Origin: Macrostomum lignano
Taxonomy: Eukaryota
NCBI GenBank assembly: GCA_002269645.1
Contig: NIVC01002514.1
Span: 64,972 to 128,971, forward strand
Length of the DNA: 64,000 nt
Direction: 5' to 3'
This document shows positions 45,494 through 57,440 of the stretch, in pieces. Both the position numbers and the translations under genes were made by a program. Under the pieces are notes generated by a model, which did no database searches, was not told the DNA's origin, and saw only the letters and a list, made by a program, of their open reading frames with translations. Within the stretch, counting starts at the first letter, position 1; every line of letters begins with the position of its first letter.

Positions 45494-48400
45494 GACAGAC
45501 AGACAGACAGACACAGCAGGCCGGTCCGAACCTGCTCCCGCTGGAAGTCCTTCATAGGCGTCCTGATGCCGTCCATCCGGTTGGCCTGCCGCATCTCGTG
45601 GCCGCAGTCCCTGGCTAAGTGGCCGATCTTGCCGCACCGCTTGCAGCCGCGGTCTTTCGGCACGTCGCCGGGGCAGAGGCTGGACGAAAAAAGGAACTCC
45701 TTCATCGCCCGATCGGGCAGGGGCTCGGCAGGCGGGGTGCACCAGCGCTTCAATGCGTTGAAAAATGTGGTCAGAATGAACCAGGCCATCTTCTTGGTCA
45801 TGCCGCTAGCTAGATTGTGGCTCAATTCGAACGGATCCTCGATAGCCAGAGGCGTAGACCAGAGCTTCTCTAGCCTTAGCAACGGCCCGCTCCGTCGGAT
45901 AGTGACAACTCGCGAGCGCCAATCGAACTCTAGATAATAGCGCAGGAATCCTAGCCAGAGCTCGCCTATGCTTTTGTCGGACCTGGGCCGCCAGCGTTGC
46001 GCAATCTCGGCTCGGTCGTCCTGGAACCAGGCGTTCCAGCCGTCAATCTGACGCTGCGGTGCCGGCCTCTCCGGCCAGCCATCGTACAGCTCTTGCAGGC
46101 AGGGCACCAGGCCCTCGGACTGCAAGTAGTGCAGAGTGAGAATCACGTACGTGTAGGAGGACAGGCTGCCGCGGCTGGCGTCACCGATGCCGCAGGATTT
46201 GGCGAACACCTGGCCAGAAAGGTGCAAGAGTTACTGTAGATTAGGAGTGAAGGATCAGAGAGTGAGAGACATGTGAACAATCCATGAGTATATTTGTTTG
46301 TAAGTATATAAGCATAGGAGAACGAAGGACGAAAACAAAAGTTAAGGACCGGAAGTGACATATTGAAAGTGACGGATCGGAAAGGAGTGCACATGACGGG
46401 AGTTACAGTGACAGACAGGGAGTGACAATGACAGCCGGGGAGTGACAGTGACAGACAGGAAGAGAGTGACAGTGACAGACAGGAAAGGAGTGACAGTGAC
46501 AGACAGGAAAGGAGTGACAGTGACAGACAGGAAAGGAGTGACAGTGACAGACAGGAAAGGAGTGACAGTGACAGACCGGAAGGGAGTGACAGTGACAGAC
46601 AGGAAGGGAGTGACAGTGACAGACAGGGAGTGACAGTGACAGACAGGGAGTAACAGTGACAGACAGGAAGGGAGTGACAGTGACAGACAGGAAGGGAGTG
46701 ACAGTGACAGACAGGAAGGGAGTAACAGTGACAGACAGGGAGTGACAGTGACAGACAGGGAGTAACAGTGACAGACAGGGAGTAACAGTGACAGACAGGA
46801 AGGGAGTGACAGTGACAGACAGGAAGGGAGTGACAGTGACAGACAGGAAAGGAGTGACAGTGACAGACCGGAAGGGAGTGACAGTGACAGACAGGAAGGG
46901 GATGACAGTGACAGACAGGGAGTGACAGTGACAGACAGGGAGTAACAGTGACAGACAGGAAGGGAGTGACAGTGACAGACAGGAAGGGAGTAACAGTGAC
47001 AGACAGGGAGTGACAGTGACAGACAGGGAGTAACAGTGACAGACAGGGAGTAACAGTGACAGACAGGAAGGGAGTGACAGTGACAGACAGGAAGGGAGTG
47101 ACAGTGACAGACAGGGAGTGACAGTGACAGACAGGAAGGGAGTGACAGTGACAGACAGGGAGTGACAGTGACAGACAGGGAGTGACAGTGACAGACAGGG
47201 AGTGACAGTGACAGACAGGGAGTGACAGTGACAGACAGGGAGTGACAGTGACAGACAGGAAAAGAGTGACAGTGGCAGACTAAGAGTGACAGACTAAAAG
47301 GGAGTGACACATCGGATATGATGGATCAGAAAGGAGTGACAGATGAGAGTAAAACATTGACAAGAGAGGAGTGAGTTAGTGGCAAACCAGAATGAGCTGA
47401 CAAACAGGTCTTAAAGAAATGAGCACTTACCTTAACAATGTAGCCCAGATCTCGCACCCGCCTATCCAGCATAGCATAGGTGCGCAGCATTTTAGTGTTC
47501 GCCGATGCCAGCCTATTGTACAAGCTGACGTCGCCTTCGCAATCAAATTTACGATGCCGAAATTTCACAATCGGCACCTTGGCCTGAGTGATTGGCAGGA
47601 CATTGTAAAACTGCCTACTAGGCGCGCCTTTGAGAATTTTGGCCACTTTAGTAATTAAACTGGCCACAGGTGTCCGGAGTTGGGACATGTCCGGACAGCT
47701 ATCGAATGTCAGACACATATCCAGATCGCTGTCCCGAAATCCGAATCCGTTACAACAGGAGCCGAAAAAGTCCAGCTGAGCATCGGGAAAGTGCACCCTT
47801 AGCAGGGCGAGAATTTCGTCTTTAACTTCGGCTCGTTTCTTAATATCCTGATCTCGTTCTTCGAAATCGCCCGGCACGGTGACCAATAGCTTGGTGAGAT
47901 TGGCCAGGTGATGAGGCGGACAGGGCCCGGGCAGCTGGCTAGGCGACACTGCGAACTCGTACTCTTTACAGGCGTCTTTCAAGTGTCCAGCTTTGCCGCA
48001 GCTGACGCACTGCAGCTGAGGCGGTGGCGCCCGGACTAAGCAGCGTTTGTCCAAGGTGTAACGCAGGCTCGACTTGGCGACGCCTTCTACTGAGGCGCGG
48101 TTATAGTAGTCCGGCTCTGTTGAGTCCTGAGGTGGGCGGAGTGCGAGATGGGAGGCTTAGGAAACAAACACACAATGCAGTTCGGGTCCTTTGACACCCA
48201 AGAAAACCATGGAAGGATTCCGTCATTGACCCAGAAAAGGACCATGGAAGGATTCTAGCAATGACCCATATGAGGACCCTGGTAGGATTCCAGCAATGAC
48301 CCATATAGGGACCCTGGAAGGGCTCCTACAAAGACCCAGAAGTGGACCATGGAAGGGTTTCATCATTGACGCAGAAAAAGAGGACCATGTAAGGGTTCCA

Positions 48401-51400
48401 GCAATGACCCATAAGAGGGACCATGGATCCAGTAATGACCCAGGAGAGGACAATGGAATGGTTCCAGCAAAGACCAAGAAGAGGACGGAAGGGTTCTAAC
48501 AAAGACCCAGAAGACCATGGAAGGGTTCCAACCATGACCCAGAAGAGGACCATGGAAGGGTTCCAGCAAAGACCCAGAAGAGGACCGTGGAAGGGCTCCA
48601 GGAAAGAGGTAGAAGATCGTAGAAGGTATACTATAACAAAGTGAACCTAGATTCTGAAAAAGCAGAGTCCACACTCCAAATACTTATGTAAACTATTGCT
48701 CACCAAGACACCACCTTCGGCAGCCAATTCTTCATCAATCTCAGTATCCTCCAGCTCATCAGTCGGATCAACAGACTCTTCGCCTTCAACATCGTCAACA
48801 TTATCGCCGTCGTCTTGAAAGTCGTCTTCCTCCATAGGGACATCGTCAACGATGGACAAATTAACGGCGTCAAGATCGTTGCCAACAACGGCAGCAGCGG
48901 CGTCAGGAATTTTATCGACGCTAGCCGACACCGAGTTCAAACAGTCGGCAACTAGATTGTCGACAATCTGACGGGCAAACTCTTCAATAGAAACTGGCGC
49001 CGTTAATTGCAACGGAGGAGGCACTGGCAAGGCCAGTTCGCTGTCGTTAACAGAGACGGTAGCGGTGTTGGTTGTGGTAGTCCGGCGACGCCTGCGCATC
49101 AACAGTCGTTGCTGACGCCGACGACGCGCCGAACGGACAGCGACGCGAACTATAGCGGCTAATTGAGCCGGCGTAGCGTTTGAATTGTCGCGGGCAAGAT
49201 GCCGGCGCACAATGGCGGAGTACAGGCGCTGCACCAGCCAGCGATGAAAGTCAACAGTCGGCTGCGGATTGGACTTGGCAGCATCGCCAGTTGACGCAGT
49301 TGCACCTACGGCCAGATCCGGTTCGGTCAGATCCAGACTCGAACACGTCACTTTATCGTTAGGCGAGAAGACTTTACTAAGAGCAGCGTTGACAATGTCT
49401 ATGGTAGAAACGACACCGTCAGCTGGTATTGGCACGCTATCGACAAGCTCTCTAGCTGCCAGACTAACATCGCCAAGATCAAACAGTGGAGTTATCTTCA
49501 ATTTCTGAGTCTTTACCGAGGCGCTGCTACTGCAGCTGGTCTTCAATTTAAAATGCTGGTAGAGAGGTCCAGTGGCTAGCTGGGGCACCGCATAGTAGCG
49601 GTAAGCGGAACGAATCTGCATAAGAATATAGTCTAGCAATTCGTTGGTTGCAACACCTCTGGCCATATTCATTCTAGCCCGAAATGGATCCTCAATATTA
49701 ATTCGTTTCGGCGTCCAATCTTTAGCCGAGCATAGCACCGGCTCCGATTTGGTGATGCAAACAACGGAATCCTGCTGAGGCACGGAATAATAACGCAGCA
49801 AATCAATCCACAATCGACCAAATTTAGCCGGACTACTATCGGCATCAGCCGGCTGCCAATACTTGGCTAAACAGTCCAGTCCGGCGTTGAAATACTTCAA
49901 TTGACCGTCGTCAAAGTTTACAGTAGTAAAACAATCGCTCGGCGCTTCAGCGATTTCGTTCAATACGGGCAGCAAGCCGACCCGTTGCAGATAGTGCACC
50001 ACCATCAGGTAGTAGGCGTGCGGCGGCAGAGTGCCTCTATCCGGTGCATCAGCCTTGGCCAAGTTGGCTACAGAGCGCAGCGCTGAGCACAATCGTCGGC
50101 AACGATTGTCAAGTTTAACGTAAGCGCCAATTAGATTAGACGTGTGAACCCGATGACCGGTGTTAACGCTGAATTGGTAAGATACACCTGACGAATCTTT
50201 GCACAATATTGACGGTGAAAGATTTTCAGCCTGTGATGTGACCTCGGCGAATAGTTTAGTAGCAGCGGATGCGTCTTCACCATTGCCAGTTGTGGCTGTG
50301 GTCAGGGCGGCAAGGCAGCGATCAAATGCATTATTAAACTCGGCGTCAATGCGTTTATTTTCCGAAGCGACGGCCGAGGCGTCCACTAATGTTAAACTAA
50401 GATTGACGTCGCTGTTATTAGTTGCTAGGCTATAAGCCAGGCTGCCATAGAGGCGAGCATAACTACCTGAGCCCCCAGAGCTAATGCATTCGATGGCTCG
50501 GTTGGCTATTGAGAGACGGCGTTCAACTTCATCGCTATTCAGCATCAGAGAGTTGGTGTGCTCAACTAAATGCTCACCGACGCCCTCCGCGTGAGACTGA
50601 GTCGGAGACGGAGCAGCAGCAACAAAGCGTTGCAGAGCCTGCGGGTGAAATGCGACGGGATAATTAGAGCGAAAGCATGAGCTATGGGATAATATATCAA
50701 TTTATTGGAATTGGGAATTCCAGATTTAGGTGTCGCAATTTTAATTTATAGGATTAGAATAAATATAGGACAGGGAATTATGTAAAGGATTGGCATTTTT
50801 ATTTATAGGATTGGGATTTCTGTTCATAGGATTGGGACTTCTGTATATATGATGGGGATTTCTGTTTATAGGGTTGAGATTTCTGTTTATAGGGTTGGGA
50901 TTTCTGTTTATAGGATAGGGATTTCTGTTCATAGGATTGGGATTTCTGTCTATAGGATGGGGATTTTATTCTATCGGATCGGGATTTCAGGATCGGGATC
51001 GGGATTGTCTATAGGATTGGGATTTCTGTTTATAGGATTGGGACTTCTGTCTATAGGATTGAAATTTCGGTTTATAAGATTGGGACTTCTGTTTATAGGA
51101 TTGGGATTTCTGTTTATAGGATTGAAATTTTGGTTTATAGGATTGGGATTTCTGTTTATAGGATTGAAGTTTCTGTTTATAGGATTGGGATTTCTGTTTA
51201 TAGGATTGGGATTTCTGTTTATAGGATTGAAATCTCGGTTTAAAGGATTGGGATTTCTGTTTATAGGATTGAAGTTTCTGTTTATAGGATTGGGATTTCT
51301 GTTTATAGGATTGGGATTTGTATATGGGATTGAAATTTCTGTTTATAGGATTGGGACTACTGTCTATAGGATAGGGATTTTATTTTATTGGAATGGGATT

Positions 51401-52062
51401 TCATTATATGGGATTCGGATTTCTGTTTATAGGATTGAGATCTCCATCTATACGATTGGGATTTTATTCTATGGGATTGGGATTGGTATCAATGGCGGTA
51501 CAAAATATAGGAATTCCATCTACGGAAGGGGAAATGCAAAAACATTTAATCCATAGCAGCTAACCTGAATCTCAAACTTCAGTCGATGCCTATTAGAGTC
51601 AACGTGATCCCAAGCCCTGGCCAGGCTGTCAATGTGCAGAGCGCACAGTCGGCAATGATACAACGCTCGGGGAAATTTTGTCGCCTGCTTCATTAATGGC
51701 AAAACGCCTTGAGCTTCCAATCTGTCCAGCTGCTCGTCCCCAGGCTGAGCCGGATCTAGCGGCGCCCGAGGATTAGTGGGCGTATTAATGACCGGCTGCG
51801 CAGCGATAGGCTTACAGACCATGAGCTCGCCATTGTGCGGATCGGGTCGAACTGTGGACCCGTCTGTGGCTAGCCGCTTCGGCTTCTGATTGCTCGGAGC
51901 CGGATCTGCCGATTTCTGCTTTGGTGCTTCTGGAAGTTTTGTTCCTTTCTGCTTCTGCGGCTGCTGCTGCTGTTGCTGCTGCTTATTCTGCTTGTTCTTC
52001 TTCTTGGATTTTTTAGAAGGTGCCTCGCCAAGGTTGGGAATATCAGCTGAATTGCTGGCCAT
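42915..52062 (-). CDS. TUT7: Terminal uridylyltransferase TUT4/TUT7 (ZCCHC11/ZCCHC6)-like, 1472 aa. Exons 51565-52062, 48704-50638, 47431-48126, 45532-46209, 44862-45234, 42915-43153
   Basis: C2H2 finger (CRLC...H...H); degenerate N-terminal NTase (YGSLAY...SDVN); acidic linker; CCHC ([14 protein letters not shown]); active NTase ([16 protein letters not shown]...GDVSL); PAP-associated IEDPF; second CCHC. All junctions are GT-AG and in phase; sum 4419 nt. TUT4 versus TUT7 cannot be resolved for an invertebrate orthologue. Confidence 0.9.
43510..44190 (+). repeat. 20-bp minisatellite (GTGGAGTGTCAGGGGAGGCA), TUT intron
   Basis: Read directly. Confidence 0.95.
44480..44660 (+). mobile_element. 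Possible tRNA-derived SINE remnant
   Basis: GGGGCCGTAGCCAA start with a B-box-like GGCTCGATTCC and a downstream ATAAATAAA; no TSD identified. Confidence 0.3.
45350..45515 (+). repeat. (GACA)n microsatellite, TUT intron
   Basis: Read directly. Confidence 0.95.
46400..47345 (+). repeat. 20/24-bp minisatellite (GTGACAGTGACAGACAGG(AAG)GGA), TUT intron
   Basis: Read directly. Confidence 0.95.
48190..48600 (+). repeat. Degenerate ~32-bp repeat (GGACCATGGAAGGGTTCCAGCAATGACCCA), TUT intron
   Basis: Recurring motif with substitutions. Confidence 0.75.
50745..51490 (+). repeat. 21-bp minisatellite (ATAGGATTGGGATTTCTGTTT), TUT intron
   Basis: Read directly. Confidence 0.9.
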
Positions 52063-52404
52063 TGCGCTGCTTCTTCTTCTAGGCCCGGCGGAAGAAATCG
52101 AAGCAGATTCTGGCTCAATTTCGTGTGCCGTTTGCTGGCCTAGCAACAGAATTCAATTCTGACGAGCTTTGGACTTTAATAAACTGTATTTTATTTTGAA
52201 ACCTGCTAACAGAAATTGAGACTGGCAATATTGCTTCTTTTGTGAGCGCTGCAATAGTCGGGAATAAGACAAATTAAGGCTTTAAATTATCCAGCCACAA
52301 ATGATTAATTTTATCAAATAACAAGGAAATCTATCTTATTTCCAAAGTACTAACAATAGGATCTACTGACTATTTATACAGTTTAACTCTCCTATGGAGT
52401 TAAG

Positions 52405-53000
52405 AGTCTACCTTTTTACTCCACCTCCAATTGTGTCTACGTCTCCCACTCTACCTTCACTATAGTTTACTTCTCTCACTCTATCTTCAATATAGTCTAC
52501 TTCTCCAACTCTAGCTTCAATATAGTCTACTTCTCCAAATCTACCTACAATATAGTCTACTTCTCCAAATCTACCTTCAATATAGTCTACTTCTCCCACT
52601 CTACCTTTACTATAGTCTACTTCTCCGTTCTCCCACTCTACCTTCAAAAGTCTACTTCTCCATTCTCCCACTCTACTTCAATATAGTCTGCTTCTCCCAC
52701 TTTACCTTCAATATAGTCTACCTCTCCCAATCTACATTCAATACAGAGTCCAACTCACCCACTCTACCTTCAATATAGTCTACCTCTCTTATTCTACCTT
52801 TAATATGGAGTCCACCTCTCCCCCTTTACCTAAATAATAGTCTACCTCCTCCCAACGTACACTCAAGAGTCTACCTCTCCTACTCTACATTCAATACAAT
52901 CTATTAAACTCACGTAACCTTTAATTGAGTCTACCTATCTCATTCAACCAGTAAGAGCCTACCTCTTCCACTCTACCTTCAATAAGTCTATCTTATCTAC
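52405..53000 (+). repeat. Degenerate 30-bp repeat (TCTACTTCTCCCACTCTACCTTCAATATAG) between N6AMT1 and TUT
   Basis: 10-aa periodicity in ORF 52408-52671, decaying to the right. Confidence 0.85.
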
Positions 53001-53155
53001 TCTGTGCATTCCATACAGTTCACACCATCTTTTTAAAAAAACAACACACAGATTCAACAACTTTCAAATTCAACAATGCTACGAATAGAAACAACTGTAT
53101 TTAAATGCAACATACATAAAAATCGCCCAGTTTTTTCAAGAATAACGGAAACACA

Positions 53156-54435
53156 CTAAAAAACCCTAAACTCTGATTCTTCAACTCCGCCTCGTTCAAA
53201 GCGCCACACAGACAGATTCTCGCCGGCGCAATGCCGCTCTACAACCAGCATGGATTTGAAGCCTCGACAGCGCATCTCCAAGGCCACCTCCTCTGGCCGG
53301 TTCTCGCGCAGCATCAGCAGGTAAAATGCCGACAGCTGCGGCGTCGGTCGAAGCAGCCGCTCCGCCTCAGTCAGCAGCCGGTCAATCACTCGACGACCTT
53401 CGAGTCCACCTGCCCAGGCAGCGGCGATGCCCGGAGTGCCGACTTCATCGTCTGGCGTGGGCACGTAGGGCGGATTTGCCAGGACCAGGTCAGCACAGCT
53501 GGGATGGCGTGAGATGGGATAACTGTATGGACATTTGAAATTACAATAATACTGTCTTTATAATAATAGTACTAATACCTTATAATAGTATTTTATAACA
53601 GTATAATAATACTTTATGGTCTTTATATAATAATACAATAATAGGTCTTTCGACTATCGGCCCAGCAACTGACGATCTGGGAGGCGGGTCCAGCAACTGA
53701 GTATCTGGGAGGCTGGCCCAGCAACTGACACTCTGGGAGGCTGGCCCAGCAACTGAGGATCTGGGAGGCTGGCCCAGCAACTGACGATCTGGGAGGCGGG
53801 TCCAGCAACTGAGTATCTGGGAGGCTGGCCCAGCAACTGACACTCTGGGAGGCTGGCCCAGCAACTGAAGATCTGGGAGGCTGGCCCAGCCACTGAGGAT
53901 CTGGGAGGCTGGCCCAGCAACTGAGTATCTGGGAGGCTGGCCCAGCAACTGAGTATCTGGGAGGCTGGCCCAGCAACTGACACTCTGGGAGGCTGGCCCA
54001 GCAACTGAGGATGCTGTAAACTTTTAGACTAAGCCGAGCTTAGGCGTCTGAAGAGAAAACTCACACATCTATAATTAGTGGAAACGGAACTCACCCAGAA
54101 CGAAGACAGCCAGCAAGATCAGAGGCCACAGGCATCAGCTGACAGCAGGTGACTGCAGTACACAGTGCGGCAGCTGGGTTCAGATCAGTGCACAGGCAAG
54201 CGCAGGAACTACCGCTAACACCACTGCTGTCGCTAAGGACATGCTGAACCAAGTGGGCACTGATCACACCGCTACCGCATCCAATTTCAACAGACACGCT
54301 AGGCTTGAGCTTCTGTCTCAGATAATCAGCCTGAGAGTCCAGACAGTCAAGGAACAGAAAGCTGTCCTCGCTGGCTGGATAGACTGTAGTGAAATCACCC
54401 TTTCCAGCATGATTAGTGTCTGGTGTGCGCTTCAT
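53156..54435 (-). CDS. N6AMT1: HemK-family methyltransferase N6AMT1/HEMK2 (KMT9), 227 aa. Exons 54095-54435 and 53156-53498
   Basis: MKRTPDTNH...VYPASEDSFLFLD, EIGCGSG SAM motif, TDLNP, DLVLANPPYVPTP, WAGGLEGRRVIDR; phase-2 GG|GTGAGT...CCCAG|C junction. Confidence 0.92.
53657..54012 (-). repeat. 28-bp minisatellite, same family as 172-682, in the N6AMT1 intron
   Basis: Reverse complement of GCTGGGCCAGCCTCCCAGATCCTCAGTT with variants. Confidence 0.9.
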
Positions 54436-55759
54436 CAAGGTTAAATAATAAATTTCTTATTGTTACCAACCATTTAATTTTGCATCAACCAGGCCAACGC
54501 ATAGGAACAGTGTACATAAGTGAAGATGAGAAATTCAAAAAAGGCTGCTATACACCTAAGGACTACTTAAGTAGGACAGGAACTGTTTCTTGGAAAATGT
54601 TAAGGAGGCTGGTTTTCACTGTAAGATACACTAGAGACAGAAGCTTTTCACTTCTTCAGCTTAAAAATCTTTTCATTTGGTTCATTTTGAAATCTTTTAT
54701 TCAAAAAGCCTTGCTACTAGTTGTGATGATGGGACAAATGTTGCAAAAAGCATTTTACAAAAAAATACCTAAAAAACCTCTTGCACTATGTTAATTTTTA
54801 AGGTTAACATTACTTTAGTAGCAGATACTATGTACTAAATGCATTTTTCGCATCAGAATCACAGTGTGCCAATTTGGAAACTAGGGTACTAATTGCCATA
54901 ACTCAAAAAGTAACAAAATCAAAAAACATTTCTACACTAACTTTACAGTGCTAAAAATTTATGATGCTAAAAGTTTCAGTACAGACTCATTGTTTATACC
55001 TAATGGAGCAAATCCAAAAAACTCATAACCAGTCAAGTAAACAAACAAGTAAAAATTGCTATCACCTTCAAGAATCTACAAAGCTGGCAAGATAAGCCAA
55101 TGGAAAAGGTAAATTAGCACTAATATTGTATCTGGTAGACTTTTATATTTTAGGCAACATCTATAGCCTAAACAAGATTTTGGTTTATTGACAAGATAAC
55201 TATGCCAATAACCATGTGGAAACCTGGTAAAGAAGCTATAATAAAAGGGTAATAGCCAGTTTCCCTTGCTTGTCTTAATTCTGTAGACTTTTAAATTGAT
55301 TGTAAAATAAGGATAAAGTCAAAGATATTAAATATAAGTACAATCTAGCTCTTGTAGTTAAGGCTAATGGACTTCAAGACTAAGACTAGCAGTCAAGGTT
55401 TGCTAAATAAAGTAAAATCAAAAATTTTATAAGTAGTAGATTACAAATATAGATAAGCATATAGCTTGTATATCCCTATATGGCCCCTTTGTATATGTAT
55501 AAACAAATATATTTGACCAATATATATTTAAAATGATTATACTCATAAAGCCTATGAATATAACATTGACAATAGAGTTAGCAAGGGAAATATCTAACTA
55601 AGTGATTCTTATTTATTTATTTTTCTATTTTACCTATTGCAGCTAAGTTCTAAACCATGCTAGATGTCTCCTTTGTCATTTAATGCTAGACTATACTAGC
55701 ATACTAGACTAGACCCATACCACATTTTGGCTTTTTATTAAGATTGTGCAATGCTCAGA

Positions 55760-57440
55760 TGACAACTTAGATGGCAAGCAGCAATGGAGCAAGTTGGTTG
55801 TTGCTTGCCAAATGCAGTTCACTCCCATCTAACACCAAGGCCATGTTGCAGCCTTGGTTTATCATATATTTGACAGTGGAAAGTGGAACGCCTGAAGTTG
55901 GCTGATACAAAACGCGCTCGCCTTGGTTGAACATGGAGACTACAGGAACAAGTAGTTGGCGTCCGAAAACAATCTCAGCTGGCATCTTGCCCCTACTTGT
56001 GGATGAGTTTTGGTGATAAAACAGCAATTGCTATAGATAGGGAACAAATTCAACATGGGTGGTTCGTTCATTCCAGGCCCACAGAGCTTGTTTGACTGTC
56101 TAGACTGCTCGGCACTTGCTCAGCCAATCCATTGGCCTGGGGATAATAAGTTGGGGATTCCATCTTCTTTATGCCATTTTGGTGCAGCCAGCTCCTCAGT
56201 GAATCACTGACAAACTCTGGAGCATTGTCTGAAACTAAAAGTTCAAGCATGCCAAAGCGTTTGAAAACAGTTCTGAGGCATTTAATGATCTGATCTGTGG
56301 ATCAATCTTTACAGGGAAAGGCCTCGATCCAACCAGAGTGAGAGTCGACTGCTATCAGGATGTTTCCAACATTCTTTACGTGCGCCCAGTCAACGTGAAG
56401 CTTTTGAAATGGGTATTCAGTTGATGGCCAGGTGTCTCTGGTCTTCCCCAATCTGGGCTGCAGCCTGTTGCATACATCACTGGCTGACAAATTGCTCGAT
56501 GTCAATGCAAATTCCAGGCCAACAGCAGGACAAGCTCATGAAGTTGAGTTTCACCAGAGACCCAGAGTGAGTGTCATGCGCTGCATGAAAAGCTTCTTTC
56601 CACAGTCTTGGCGGAATGTAGACTTGGCGACCCTTGAACAATAAGCCGTCCTTGATAGTTAGGCATTGCAATATGGCCTGGAATGGTTTCTCAGCCTGAG
56701 AACAGCCAGCCCAGTTTTCTAAGTGAATTTGGTATATCACTTTTTTATGAGCTTATTCAACTCTAGCTCTGCAGAAACCTGGTTCTTGGAAATAATAGAT
56801 GGCTTGAAGGCAATGCAATCAATGGCTTTGCAGACTTCTGCCGAATCATTTGAATTGTTAGATGAGTCAGTGAAGCGTAGGCGAGAAAGTGCATCGGCAT
56901 GTGGAATCTTCTATCCTAGTATATAGCATATGGTGTAGTCAAGGTGCATCATCACGAGTGCCCATCTGCTAATGCGAGCGAAGGTATTCAGCGGCACCCC
57001 GCGAGACTAGCCGAAGAGCTGTTTGAGAGGCTTATGATCCGTCTGTATTGTGAAGTAGCGGCCCAGTAAATAGTGCTTTAGCCGGCTGACTGCCCCAAAA
57101 AAATGGCAAGGGCTTCTTGCTCTATGTTTGAATAGTTTTGTTCTGCAGTAGAAAGACACCGAAAAATATAGATCATAGGATGGCTATCTTGCGTGACCAT
57201 TCCTGCAAGCGCTCCGTTGGAGGCATCTGTGGTAAGAGTGAGTTCTTTTTCTAATGAGTATGGCTGGACTATGGGTTGAAAGGCAATCTCTGTCTTGAGT
57301 TGTCTAAAGGCTCAGTCACACTTAGCTGTCCACTGAAAGTTGGTGTCTGCTTTGTGTAATCAATTCAGTAGCTGAATCTTTTTAAAGAAGTTGGATACTA
57401 GCCTTCCAAAAAAGTTTATTAGACCAATGAACTGTTAGAT
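55760..57440 (-). mobile_element. Decayed Ty3/gypsy pol fragment (RNase H to integrase)
   Basis: TTDASNGALAG, EQEALAI, TDHKPL, HADALSRL, WPSTEYPFQKLHVDW, VSDNAPEF, YYPQANGLAE; many stops and frameshifts. Confidence 0.85.

Noticed and set aside
52139-53498. N6AMT1-TUT fusion protein
   Set aside because: The TUT acceptor requires a phase-1 donor and none is evident in N6AMT1 exon 2, which ends in a normal stop.
172-54012. CRISPR-like arrays
   Set aside because: All repeats are contiguous tandem units without unique spacers, no cas genes are present, and the context is eukaryotic.
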